Part shown: positions 13,401 to 25,995 of the stretch, one piece after another | Position numbering within the stretch: the stretch's first letter is position 1 | How the letters are laid out: each line of letters starts with the position of its first letter | DNA from: Callorhinchus milii | Taxonomy: Eukaryota | Direction of reading: 5' to 3' | Assembly (NCBI RefSeq): GCF_018977255.1 | Contig: NW_024704801.1 | Coordinates: 124,001-188,000 of the forward strand | Length of the DNA: 64,000 nt | The notes under the pieces: model-generated | The model's input: the letters and a program-made list of their open reading frames with translations, nothing else | Database searches by the model: none | What the model was told of the DNA's origin: nothing | Made by a program: the position numbers and the translations under genes

Positions 13401-14923
13401 GACTATTTTGAATCTGTGACCTCGAGTCACCGACACTCCCACCAGTGGGAACAGTTTGTCCCTTTCTATCCCATCAAATCCCCTCATGATTTTGAAGACC
13501 TCTATTAGGTCCTCGTAACCTTCTCTGCTCCAATGAGAATATTCCCGGCCTCTCCAGCCTTTCCTCACCATCACGGTCCCTCATTCCTGGTACCATCCTC
13601 GTAAATCTCCTCTGTACCCTTTCCAATGCCTTAACATCCTTCCTATAGTGTGGGGCCCCGAACTGGGGCAGTATTCTAACTGAGGCCTAACCAGTGTTTA
13701 TATCGGTTAATCATCACCTCCTGACTCTTGTACTCTATGCCCCTATTTATAAAGCCCAGTATCCCATATGCCCTTTTTGCCTGTCCCTCCACCTTCAAGG
13801 ATTCAGTTACCTGCCCCCCAGGTCGCTCTGTTGTTTTACCCCCTTAAGATTGTATTACCAGCCATTATTGCCTCCGCTCATTCTTTCTACCAAAATGCAT
13901 TACTTCGCATTTCTCTACATTGAAACTCATCTGCCATGTGTCGCCCATTTTACATTCTGTCTCTGTCTTCCTGCAGTCGGCTGCTATCCTTCTCACTGTT
14001 TACCCCCTCCCTAACTTTGTGTCGTCCCCAAACTTGGAGATGGTATTTGCTATACCCAAGTCCAGATCATTTATGTATATTAAGAAGAGCATTGGTCCTA
14101 ATACCGATCCCTGGGGACACCACTGTACACTTCCCTCCAGTCAGAAAAGCAGCCGTTCACCACAACTCTCTGCTTTCTGTCTCCCAGTGAGTTCTGGATC
14201 CGCTGCCACTGTCCCTTTTATACCGTGAGCTTCTATCTTTCTCACAAGTCTTTCATGTGGCACTTTGTCAAATGCCTTTTGAAAGTCCATATAAACTACA
14301 TCAACTGTACTATCTTTATCCCCTCTCTGTTACCTCATCAAAAAATTCTATTTCGATTATATACTATAGACTACAAACTATACACTATATACTATACACT
14401 ATAGACTATACCCTATATACTATACACCATAGACTATGTAAGTTTCACTTCTTAAGGACGTCTCTAGTGTTTCACACGATTCACTGCCAAGTGTAGTGAC
14501 TGTGTGTTTTGCAGACAAATGTGACAACGCCCTCCAAGTCCTCCCGATGACAAAGATGAGGGAAAGAGTGTATTGTTTGATTGCCATTGATATCACTGTC
14601 GGCCTCTGATTCCCGCTGCTTGTCCAGCTCGGGCCACCCTCCCCGTTAGTCAGTCAGTTAGTTAGTTAGTTGGGGCTTTGGCCTCAGGGTTAACAGGAGC
14701 TGAGGGGGAGGATTCCCTACCCCCAGTGACCGGTCTCCATCCACGGCTGTTTGTGGGGACGTCGCCGGGCGCGATCGGCTGCTGCGTTTCGCCCACAAAA
14801 CACAGTCACTACATTTTACAGTGTGTCCTGTGAAGCTCTTTGAGACGCCGCGATGCCGTGATCAGGCGCCGGGTTGGATGTAAGGATTATTATTATTATT
14901 ACCTTGGTCGAGGCTGACGTCAT
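10477..14923 (-). CDS. C17orf49: Chromatin complexes subunit BAP18 (C17orf49/BACC1), SANT-domain protein
   Basis: Exons 14923-14903 (MTSASTK), 12706-12612 ([31 protein letters not shown]), 11830-11729 ([22 protein letters not shown]), 11425-11226 ([14 protein letters not shown]), 10874-10770 ([32 protein letters not shown]), 10580-10477 ([12 protein letters not shown]..stop). Very close to human BAP18; AATAAA on the minus strand at 10126-10131. Confidence 0.96.
13133..14350 (-). mobile_element. 5'-truncated CR1 LINE (RT C-terminal half and 3' tail) in a BAP18 intron
   Basis: Reverse strand encodes degenerate [26 protein letters not shown]; (ATTCTATG)n tail at 13133-13150. Confidence 0.92.
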
Positions 14924-15709
14924 CCTGAGGGTCTGTTGTTTATCTGGAGCCCCACATTAACTTGAGCGATGGCGGAGGCGGAGGAGGTGGAGGAGGGCTG
15001 GGGGTGGGGGTGTGAGGGGGCTGCGGTGGGGGTGGGGGTGTGAGGGGGCTGCGGTGGGGGTGGGGGTGTGAGGGGGCTGCGGTGGGGGTGGGGGTTGGTC
15101 CTGGAGATGCTGATGATTGGACTCTGAATCAGTTGATGTAAATGATTGTGTTTAAACTGCTCTCTCTGTGTCTCTCTCTCTGTCTCTGTGTCTGTCTCTC
15201 TGTGANNNNNNNNNNNNNNNNNNNNNNNNNNNNNNNNNNNNNNNNNNNNNNNNNNNNNNNNNNNNNNNNNNNNNNNNNNNNNNNNNNNNNNNNNNNNNNN
15301 NNNNNNNNNNNNNNNNNNNNNNNNNNNNNNNNNNNNNNNNNNNNNNNNNNNNNNNNNNNNNNNNNNNNNNNNNNNNNNNNNNNNNNNNNNNNNNNNNNNN
15401 NNNNNNNNNNNNNNNNNNNNNNTCTCTGTGACTCTCTCTGTGTCTCTCTCTCTCTCTGACTCTCTGTCTCTCTGTGTCTCTCTCTCTCTGTGACTCTCTC
15501 TCTGTGTCTCTGTGACTCTCTCTCTCTCTGTGTCTCTGTGACTCTCTCTCTGTGTCTCTGTGTCTCTCTCTCTCTGTGTCTCTGTGACTCTCTCTCTGTG
15601 TCTCTGTGACTCTCTCTCTCTCTGTGTCTCTGTGACTCTCTGTGTCTCTCTCTCTCTCTCTGTGTCTCTGTGACTCTCTCTCTGTGTCTCTCTCCCGCCT
15701 CAGCCTCTC

Positions 15710-15880
15710 AGCTGCCGCCGGAAGTCCCGCCCCTCCCCTCCCCCATTGGCTGTCCGCTTGTCACTCAGCTTCTCCCCCGCGCTGATTGGCAACCTCATAT
15801 CCCCGCCCCCTCCATGGCGCTCTGACCAATCACAGGGCAGCGAGAGGACGGAGCTGCTAATTGGTCATCGCACTATCAAT
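15710..15880 (-). promoter_or_regulatory. Housekeeping-type promoter of BAP18 (ETS, GC box, multiple CCAAT boxes)
   Basis: GCCGGAAGT (ETS/GABP) fused to CCCGCCCC (Sp1) at about 15717-15733, a second GC box near 15801, and four CCAAT/ATTGG boxes between 15744 and 15865, upstream of the ATG exon. Confidence 0.7.
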
Positions 15881-16009
15881 CACAGGAGGTCCGAGATTGC
15901 GTCACGGCGCCGCGTAGTGGCCACCAACAGCAACTACACCACAGTGTGTCACAGCGCCGCGCAGTGGCGAACATCAGCATCAACAACTACACACATATCA
16001 ATACAATAA

Positions 16010-16359
16010 TCGTTATTAATCCTTGTGTTGCTGTAAAGTGTAGTGACTGTTTTTTGGGCGGAACGCTGCAGCCAATTGCTCTCAGCGACATCCCACAATA
16101 ACAGTCGTGGATTGAGTGACCACATTATTATTATAATTTCTTTTGAGGGGATTGATTCGCCTGGAAAAGCGATCCGCCAATCGACTGACAAGCGGGTTCT
16201 TACTTCCTGCTGATATATAGAGGTGTGTGTGTCTCTGTGTGTGTGTGGGGGGTAAGGAAACTTGCCTAAGGTTTCGCCCCGACCTGACCCACCTGGGAAT
16301 CGAACCCAGGTCTCTCGCCTGCGAGACGAGGGGCTCTCACCACTGAGCTACAGGACTCC
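16010..16359 (-). mobile_element. tRNA-derived SINE
   Basis: Head ..CCACTGAGCTACAGGACTCC at about 16340-16359, plus SINE body. Confidence 0.85.
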
Positions 16360-17335
16360 AACAAACACCAAATCCAGAAATTGTTTAAATTCCATCCATT
16401 TACTCCAAGGCTCCGGCTCCAAAATACAATATTGTTCAGAACTGATTACAGATTTCTCTAAACATCAAGAAATGAGAAAACACATAAAATGTTTATCACA
16501 TCACAGACAGAGATTAGGAGAGTGGTTGTGGGGTGTGGGGGGAAAGAGGGGAGGGGGAACGAGTCCTGTTTGATTGGGGGGGGGGTGTGGGATGTGCAAA
16601 GGAGCTGGAACTTTGGGGAAACTAACCACCTCTTCCTTGTTTTATTGTTCCCTTCTCCTCCTTCCCGCCCTCTCTCTCTCTCTCCATCTTTATTCCCTCT
16701 CCATAAGTTTTGGTGGTTGGGGAGGGAGGGAGAAGGACGGAATGTGATAGAGAGAATGAAAAACCGGAGAATCCAGAGAAGGAGTGAATCTCTCCTGTGG
16801 GGAGTGGGAAGTGGCGGAGCTGATCCCACGCAGCGAAGCTCCACATTCCTCACATTCTTCACCTTATGCACCTGGTGCTACGGGGAAAAGTGTTCCCTCC
16901 CGCACTTTCCTTCCTGTGCAACAGGGAAAGGACGACCCCCCCCATCCCCACATCCTCCCATTGTGATGGGAAAAGGGGTTCCCCCCCCCTACTAACCCTC
17001 ATCCAACACACTCTCCATTTCCTGGGGTGACGGGGAAATTAGCCGCGATGATGGGGCTTCTTATTTTGCCCCGATTTCACTGCAGCACAAATCACACAGA
17101 ATAAACTTTTTTTACAACATTAAATATCTCCCCATCATCCAAACTGGTAACATTTACAACATAGAAGAAAATGGCGGAGAGAGGAGGGGAAGAGAGAGAG
17201 GAGGGGGGGGGGGTGCGGAGGGTCACAGCCAGGGGAGAGGGGGAAAGAGCGAGGGGGGGAAAGAGAGAGAGAGGGGGGAGGGCGGTAATAATTAAAGCGA
17301 TGGTGGGGTTATAGCGATGGTCACAGACTCTCTGC

Positions 17336-17487
17336 TCAGCGCACCATGTATTCTCTCCTCTTGTTGAGCCGGACCTGACAGAAGGAGAATCCTCCGAGCA
17401 CGAAGTACATCCCGGCCGCGATGAAGCAGTTATAGCTGACCTGCTCGTACAACTTATAAATCCTCTGTGGGCCGGTCTTACTGCGGG

Positions 17488-17518
<31 letters not shown>

Positions 17519-19427
17519 GTTGTTAGTCAACAACAACAACAACAACCACCACCTGCATTTACACTTGAGAGTGGCGGAGCAGGACTCCGATCGGGGGGAG
17601 GGGGAGGTGACTGTAGACACGGTCGAAGAGGAAAATCTTCAGGCACGACCGGAAGATGGCGCAGGAAGGGGCGAGGCAGAGGGGCAGAGGGAGAGAGTGA
17701 CAGGGCGCCCATCAGCCACTTGCTCCCTCCGCACCCCATAGCCAGGCTCCCCCACCCCCTCGTCCTCGCTGATTAAAACCCGCCCTCCACCCTCTCCCTC
17801 ACTCTCTCTCTCTCTCACCTGTCTTCAAAATCAGCCTCAGTAAAAGGCACATCCTCGATCAGCACAGCCGAGTGGACATTGAAGAAGATCCCGAGGAGAA
17901 CCTGTCACAGGAGAGAGGGAGAGAGAGAGACAGGCGTGACCACAACACGGGAAGAACACACATCAACAGGCGGAGGGACAAGCGTTGGCCGCAGAGGAAC
18001 AGGAGGAGGCCATTCAGCCCCTCGAGCTTCTTCCGCCATTCTATTAGACCATGGCAGATCCGTGTAATAATAATAATAATAATAATCGCGGCATCCGACC
18101 CGGCGCCTGATCACGTCCTCGAGACGTCTCAAAGCGCTTCGCAGGACACACTGCCGAGTGTAGTGACTGTGTGTTTGCGGGCGAAACGCGGCAGCCGATC
18201 GCGCACAGCGACGTCCGCACAAACAGCCGCGGATTAGAACCAAACTGTCATTGTTTTGGAAGGGATTATTACCCCCGAAAAGTGATTCCCCAATCGCCCG
18301 ACAACCGGGTTCCCACTGACCGCCGGGGAACAGGTGTGTGTGTGTCCCCCCTCCCCCCCTCCTCTACACCCCCTCCTCCCCCCCTCCTCTACACCCTCTC
18401 CCCTCCCCCTCTACACTCATTCCCCCTCCTCCCTCCCCCCTCCTCTCCCCCGCAGTTACTTTCACATCCTCAGCTCATGTCAATTTCCTGTTCATTTCCC
18501 GTGGGGGGGCTATGGGGGGTGGGGGGGGTGTGGGGGGTGGGGGGGGTATGGGGGCTGTGGGGGCTATGGGGGTGGGGGGGCTGTGGGGGGAGGTACAGGG
18601 GGTCAGTGAGTGTAGTGTGACAGGGAGCCTGTGGGGGGGCGGTGTGACAGTGAGCGGGTGAGTGTGAGCGGGTGTGAGTTGCTGTGACAGTGAGTGTGAG
18701 GGCCTCTGACCAACATGATGACCCCCCAGATGGTGTGTGTGTGTGAGTGGGTGTGAGTGTGAGCGGGTGTGAGCGGTGTGAGGCTGACCAGCATGATGAC
18801 CCCCAGATGGTGTGAGTGTGAGCGGGTGTGAGTGTGAGTGTGAGCAGTGTGAGTGGGTGTGAGCGGGTGTGAGCGGTGGGTGTGAGCGGTGTGAGGCTGA
18901 CCAGCATGATGACCCCCCAGATGGTGTGAGTGTGAGCGGGTGTGAGTGTGAGTGTGAGGGGTGTGAGCGGTGGGTGTGAGCGGTGTGAGGCTGACCAGCA
19001 TGATGACCCCCCAGATGGTGTGAGTGGTGTGAGCGGTGTGAGGCTGACCAGCATGATGACCCCTCAGATGGTGTGAGTGTGAGGGGGTGTGAGTGTGACA
19101 GTGGGTGAGTGTGAGTGGGTGAGTGTGAGTGGGTGTGACAGTGGGTGTGAGGCTGACCAGCATGATGACCCCCCAGATGGTGTGAGTGTGAGTGTGAGCA
19201 GTGTGAGGGGGTGTGAGTGTGAGTGGGTGTGAGTGGTGTGAGCGGGTGTGAGCAGTGTGAGTGGGTGTGAGCGGTGTGAGGCTGACCAGCATGATGACCC
19301 CCCAGATGGTGTGAGTGGTGTGAGCGGGTGTGAGCGGTGTGAGGCTGACCAGCATGATGACCCCCCAGATGCTCAGGACGATACCACACGCCGCCAACTT
19401 GGGACCACAGCAAAGCAGCGACGCCAT
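17336..19427 (-). CDS. RNASEK: Ribonuclease kappa / V-ATPase subunit f
   Basis: Exons 19427-19350 ([26 protein letters not shown]), 17901-17819 ([27 protein letters not shown]), 17480-17336 ([47 protein letters not shown]). Directly upstream of BAP18 on the same strand, as in mammals. Confidence 0.97.
18640..19372. repeat. Minisatellite containing copies of the RNASEK exon 1/intron 1 junction
   Basis: GGCTGACCAGCATGATGACCCCCCAGATG occurs eight times, separated by GT-rich spacers. Confidence 0.95.
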
Positions 19428-21060
19428 CGCTCCGAACCCCGGACACCGGAACCGGAAACCCCCCCCGCGGGAGCGACCACAGCCTGAGGGGGGGGCACCG
19501 AACCCCCCCACACCCCCACACACCCCAAACCCCATCAAACCTCCTCCCGACCCGCACCGCCGGCAATTCACTAACTCCCCACCTCCTCCCGAGCGAAGCA
19601 AACCCCCCCCTCCCCCCACTGACTGTAACCCGCCATCACTGTACCGTCCGCCCCTGTCCTGTGCTCACACAGTGGTACAGTCCGCACAGCGCCGCGTCCT
19701 GACATCGGAGTCACCTGATCCTTAAAGCGGGAACGTGTGTGTGTGTGGGGGGGGGGGGGGGAGGGGTGTGTGGGTGTGGGGGGGAGAGGGGTGTGTGTGT
19801 GTGGGTGGGGGGTGATTGAGGTTTTGCTGTGTACAATCGTGCCACCCCCCCCTCCCCAAATGGCCCAAACCATTTACGGTCTATAGACTGAAAATTGCTG
19901 CTGGTCAGACAACAACAACTTGTGTGGCGGAGTCCCAGAGGAGGGAGGGGGGGGACGGAGGGGGGAGAGGGGGGAGAGGGGGGAGGGGGGGGGGAGGGGG
20001 AGGGGGGGGGGCGGTGACCGTGAGCCGCGGTCGATGAGGAAAGGAGGACATCCCGAGGCGCTGGACAGACCCGAGCTGGGGGTGGGGGTGGGGGTGGGGG
20101 AGGATGGAGGGCGGTGGGAGGGGAATGGGGGGGAAGCACATTGCCACCACTTCAAGTCCAAACGAGTAATCATTAACCTGTGTGGGGCACTGTGGCTCAG
20201 CGGTTAGCGAGAGGACCCGGGTTCGATTCCCCCCCCCCACCACCCCCGACATCCCCCCCCCCCCCCACCCACACACACGCACACGCACCTCTGTTTACCA
20301 GCAGTAAGTAGGAACCCGGTGGTTAGTCGATTGGCGGATCGCTTTCCGGGAGTGACAGTTCGCTCAATCCGCGGCTGTTTGTGGGGACGTCGTTGGGGGC
20401 GATCGGCTTCCGGGATTCGCCCACAAAATGCCCAGTATTTTCACTTCACTGCGTATCCTGCGAAGCGCTTTGAGACGTCTCGAAGACGTGATGGGGCGCC
20501 GGGTCAAATTCCAGGATTATAGTTATTATTGTTATCAAACACTTTGAGAGAACGTGTGTTTGTGCGGGTGAGAGGACATTGGGGGGCGGAGGGGGAGGGG
20601 GGGAAGAAATCACAAGACAAGACCCCAATGGTTACGATGAGGAGACGTTGACATTGGCCTTTTACGTTAAAGTGAAACTTTATTGGCAGTTAATGCAACA
20701 AATACATAAAACACGCAAAATTCACAGTAAACATTGAGTGGAGACAATCTTTCTCCCTCTCCCATTCCCTCCCTCTCCCATCCCCTCCCTCTCCCATTCC
20801 CTCCCTCTCCCATCCCCTCCCTCTTCCATTCCCTCCCTCTCCCATTCCCTTGCTCTTCCCCATTCCCTCTTCCATTCCCTTGCTCTTCCCAACTCCGTCG
20901 CTCGCTCCCATTCTCTCTCTCGTTCCCTCTGGCCTCCACCCTTCTTCTCCCTCTGTCCCCACTTGCCTCCTGCCACCCACCCCCATCACACCGCCCCCCC
21001 TGCCCCCCCACCCCATCACACGGCTCTGCCCCTGCCACACAGAGCTGGGCGCCCGCTCGC

Positions 21061-24000
21061 TCACACGTTGATGCTGCTGGCGATCTGTTTGGGCCGCAGA
21101 TACTCGTATTTGATGGGAAGCCCCTTGTTCCGCTTCACGATCAGCCGGTCGATCCGGTTCAGCTCTTCCCGGAATTCCTGGATCACTTTGATCACCTCCT
21201 TCTCAGTGAAATATTCCTCGTCAAAGAATCCCAGCAGCTTCTGTACCGCAGGACAGAGGTGTGAGCGGCAAAGAGTCTGTCCTCTCAGTCACACATAAAT
21301 ACACAGGAACAGGAGGCCATTCAGCCACTCAAGTCTGTTCCGCCATTCTATAAGGTCATCTGCACCTCAACTCCAATTCTTAATCGTTCTACAATTAATT
21401 AATAATTAACTCAAACTGTAATTAATAATTGCTTTTAACTCATTGATAAAGATTGTTTATTTATTGACGGTTATTAATAAGTATTCATTGTTAATTAGTA
21501 ATAATTTATCCATCCCCACCAATGCCCTCCTCGCTTAGCCCCTCCCTCTCGGCCCCCCCACCCCCCGGGTACTGACCTTGTCAGGGAGGGGCCGGCCCAG
21601 GTGCCAGGTGAAGGCCATCTGGATGGAGGATTGGCTGACGTCAGGGAGAGTGGCCATGATCTTCTCCATCGTCACCGAGCCCTTGGCACAGGGCGGGGGC
21701 TGGCGCATCGTACAGGGGGAGTTCGGGACCCAGCAGCACCAGTCATACTGCGGGCATCAACACAGCACACAGCGCGGGCATCAATACAGCACACAGCGCG
21801 GGCATCAATACAGCACACAGCGCGGGCATCAATACAGCACACAGCGGGCATCAATACAGCACACAGCGCGGGCATCAATACAGCACACAGCGCGGGCATC
21901 AATACAGCACACAGCGCGGGCATCAATACAGCACACAGCAAGGGAATCAATGCAGCACACAGCGCGGGCATCAATGCAGCACAATGCGGGCATCAATGCA
22001 GCACACAGCGCGGGCATCAATGCAGCACAATGCGGGCATCAATGCAGCACACAGCGCGGGCATCAATACAGCACACAGTGGGCATCAATCAACACCAACA
22101 CTAACAGACAACATTCACCAATCATACTGTGGGCAGTGCCAGCATCAGCGGCAAACACACAGACATTAGCATTAACACTAAGAACAGTCGTACTGCTGGC
22201 ACCAGCCAGAGACAACACAGACACCAACAGTAACAGTAACAGTAACACAGACACCAACAGTAACACAGACACCGACAGTAACACAGACACCGACAGTAAC
22301 AGTAACACAGACACCGACAGCTCTGAGCCAGACGGTGGTCTGGGCTGTACCTGGCCGTTGTTAAGTGCCGAGTGCTGTGCAGAACAGGTGAAGATCGCCA
22401 TCGTGAGGAACTTCCACAGCTCCTCTCTGCTCCGGAAAACCCTCGAGAATCCTGGAACACAGAGAGCAACCATCGGGATCAGGATCGGGAGTGAGTGAGG
22501 GAGCGAGGAAGTCAGTGTGTGAGTGAGTGAGTGTGTGAGGGAGGGGGGAGGGAGTGAGTGAATGTGAGTGAGTGCATATGAGTGAGAGTGAGTGAGTGTG
22601 TGAGGGAGTAAGTGAACGAGTGTGTGAGGGAGTGAGTGTGTGAGGGACTGAGTGAGTGAGTGAGTGAGTGAGTGAGTGAGTGAGTGAGTGAGTGAGTGAG
22701 TGAGGGAGGGAGGGAGGGAGGGAGGGAGGGAGGGAGTCCTTGGTACCTATATCTGGCAGCTCCTGGAAACCCTCCTCCACCACGTCTGTGAGCCAGGCTT
22801 GTAGTTCCTCATCATTCACCACATCCTGGTCAGTGAGATAGTACAGCCCCAAAACACTCTCCACGTACCTGGGCAAACAGGCAAGGATGTCATTAAATGT
22901 CAATAACAACAATAACTTACATTTAATAATAATAATAATATTAGGCGCGACCTGAAGACGGGGAAGGAAGAAACGGGGCGAGGTGCAGGGATTGAGGAAG
23001 AGTGTTCCAGAGTTTCAGGGCATAGCGGCTGAAAGGTTGACCTGACTTGCCCAGGAATCGAACCCGGGTCCTCTGGGCTTGCGAGGCCAGTGGTCTAACC
23101 CCTGAGCTACAGGACAAGGCAGAATGTCATGGACGAAGGGTGTTTGTCGTCCCTACTTGCGTATGGCAGCCCAGATAAGCAGCCCATCGTCTCGGTAATA
23201 ATAGTCTCTGAGTGAGCCCACTCCGCGCTCCTCAATGTTCTCTGGGAAGCACAGTGATCTGTAGGTCAGAGCCCGGAAGCCTCTCTGGCCAAACATGACC
23301 ATCCCTGGCCCCCCCGAAGCCACCACCTGCGGGAACACACCACATAGTCATTATAGTATCATATATATATATACTGTACTCACAAGTAATAATCTGCTCA
23401 CTTCAACCCACGACTGTTTGTGGGGACGTCGCTGGGCGCAATTGGCTGCCCACATTTCGCCCGCATAACACACAGTCACTACACTTTACGGTGTATCCTG
23501 AGAAGCCCTTTGAGACGTCTCAAAGACGTGATCAGGCGCCGGGTCAAATGCCAGGATTGTTATTATTGGAGCGAGAAAGGAGGTCATTCAGCCGAGACCA
23601 CTCACTCTCCATCACAGACCACTCAGCACACAATAATGGTAATAATCCTGGCATTGGCTCCTTATCAGTTATCATTGAGACGTCTCAAAGCGCTTCCCAG
23701 GATATACTGTAAAGTGAATTGACTATCTTTTGTGGGTGAAACACAGCAGCCAATTGCACACAGCAGTGGATTGAGAGACCACATTATTATTAATTTATTT
23801 TGTTTTTTTGAAGGGATTGTTACCCCCGGAAAGTGATCCACCAATTGACTAACAAGCAGGTTCTTACTCACTAGTAGGTAAAGGTGTGTGTGTGTGTTTG
23901 TGTGTGGAGTAAGGAAAGTTGCCCAACGTTTCACCCCAACCTGACCCGGCTGGGAATCAAACCCAGGTCCTCCCACTTGCGAGGCGAGTGCTCTAACCAC

Positions 24001-25959
24001 TGAGCTACAGGACTCAAATACTTACTTTCGTAATGATTCCAGACTCAGACAATAGCTCAGTCCTGCCTCGCATATTAATCTCCAGTGTGAATCTGGTGTT
24101 CGGGGTGAGGAGCTAGAGAAAGAGATAGAGCGTGGGAATCATTCACTCAGCAAAGTTTTATTATCATTATTAATAAAGTTAAAAATGTGTGTAATGTACT
24201 GTACTGTGTTGGTGTTGAGTTGTGTGTGTTGGTGTTGAGGTGTGTGTTGGTGTTGAGGTGTGTGTGTGTTGGTGTTGAGGTGTGTGTGTGTTGGTGTTGA
24301 GGTTTGTGTGTGTTGGTGTTGAGGTGTGTGTGTTGGTATTGAGGTGTAAGCTGTTGTTTTTACATAGAATTACATAGAATATTCAGCACAGAAACAGGCC
24401 ATTCGGCCCAACTGCTCTATGCCGGTGTTTATGCTCCACATGAGCCTCCTCCTGCCCTTCCTCAACTAAGCCTTCAAGCAGAGCCTTCTACTCCTTTCGC
24501 CCTCATGTACCTCTCCAGCTTTCCCTTAAATACATCTGTGCTATTTGCCTCAACTTCTTGTTGGCAAGTTCCACATTCCCACTACTCTCTGTGTGAAGAA
24601 ATTTCTTCTAACTTCCCTATTTGATCTATTGGTGACTATTTTATATTGATGGCCCCTGGTTTTGGTCTCCCCCACAAGTGGAAACATCTTCCCTATGTCG
24701 ATCCTAACCAAACCTTTCATCATTTTAAATAACTCTCTCAGGTCACCCCTCACCTTTCTTTCAAAAGAATAGTCCAAGCTTGTTCAGCCTTTCCTGATAG
24801 ATATAACCTCTTAGTTCCGGTATCATCCTCGTAAATCTCCTTTGCACCCTCTCCAGTGCCTGGATATCCTTCCTATAATGTGGGGACCGGAACTGTACAG
24901 AGTTCTCCAAGTCTGGTCTAACCAAGGTTCGATATAAGTTTAGCGTAACTTCTCTGCTTTTTATTTCTAACCCTCTAGATACGAACACCAATGCCTGGAT
25001 TGTTTTTATGGCCTTAATAACCTGCGTCGCCACATTTAGCGATTTATTCCTTGATAACAGATCAAATATTTCCTCTTTAGCTTCCTAATTGTTTATATGA
25101 CTTCTTTCCTAACCTCTTTGTATTATTTCTTGTCATGTTCTCCCTTGTTGTGTATGTACTTAGTGAACGCCTCTTTCCTCAGTCTGCACTTTGCCCTCAT
25201 GTCTTTATTCATCCTCCGTGCCTCATTACTGTTTAGTTTTATCTTGTTTTTTAGTGGAATATGTTTCTCCTGGACTTTATTGATCACTGTTTTAAACGTC
25301 TCCCAATGCTGCTCCAGCTCTTTGTTTGCCAATATTGTTTTCCAGTTTATTTTCCCGAGTTCCATTCTCATCCCCTCAAAATCAGCTTCTTTTTCAAATC
25401 TATTACCCTGGTCTTTGTCATATTCCTGTCCTTGTGAATCTTTATCTTAAACCTCATTAAGTTACGATCGCTATCGCTGTTGATGTTCCCCTACTCGCAC
25501 TTCTCTCCTCTGCTCTGGTTCGTTTCCCAGCGCTAAATCCAGCAGCAGTGCTGGGGGCCTCTTACATACAGGGCAAGAAAGGAGTCCTGCACACATTGAA
25601 GGAACTCCATTCCCTTATCCCCTTTACCTAAATCTTTTGGCCAATTTATTTGGGGGTAGTGGACGTACCTTGTAGATGGGGTGCACTGCCGGCAGCTGCC
25701 TCAAGGTGGCGATGCAGAAGACCTCGCCCACCAGGTGAGCCCAACACAGGTGATTGATGATTTGATGGACTTGGAAATCCGAGCTCCTCACCCACAACTT
25801 GGCCAACAGCCAATCGTAGCTCCCGTCAGAGGGCAGGAAAATAGGGCTGTGACAGCCTGGGGTCTGGCTCAGCTGTCAATACAAGGGAGAGAGGGTGTGA
25901 GAGAGACGGACGAACACAGAGAGAGTGACGGGCAGATAGACAGACAGAGAGTGACAGAA

Positions 25960-25995
<36 letters not shown>

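Noticed and set aside
18700-19372. Repeat-spacer pattern superficially like a CRISPR array
   Set aside because: Eukaryotic intron; the spacers are GT microsatellite variants, the repeat is the RNASEK exon end, and there are no cas genes.
21578-22498. 306-aa plus-strand ORF antisense to ALOX
   Set aside because: Made of antisense exon sequence and minisatellite; no independent coding signal.
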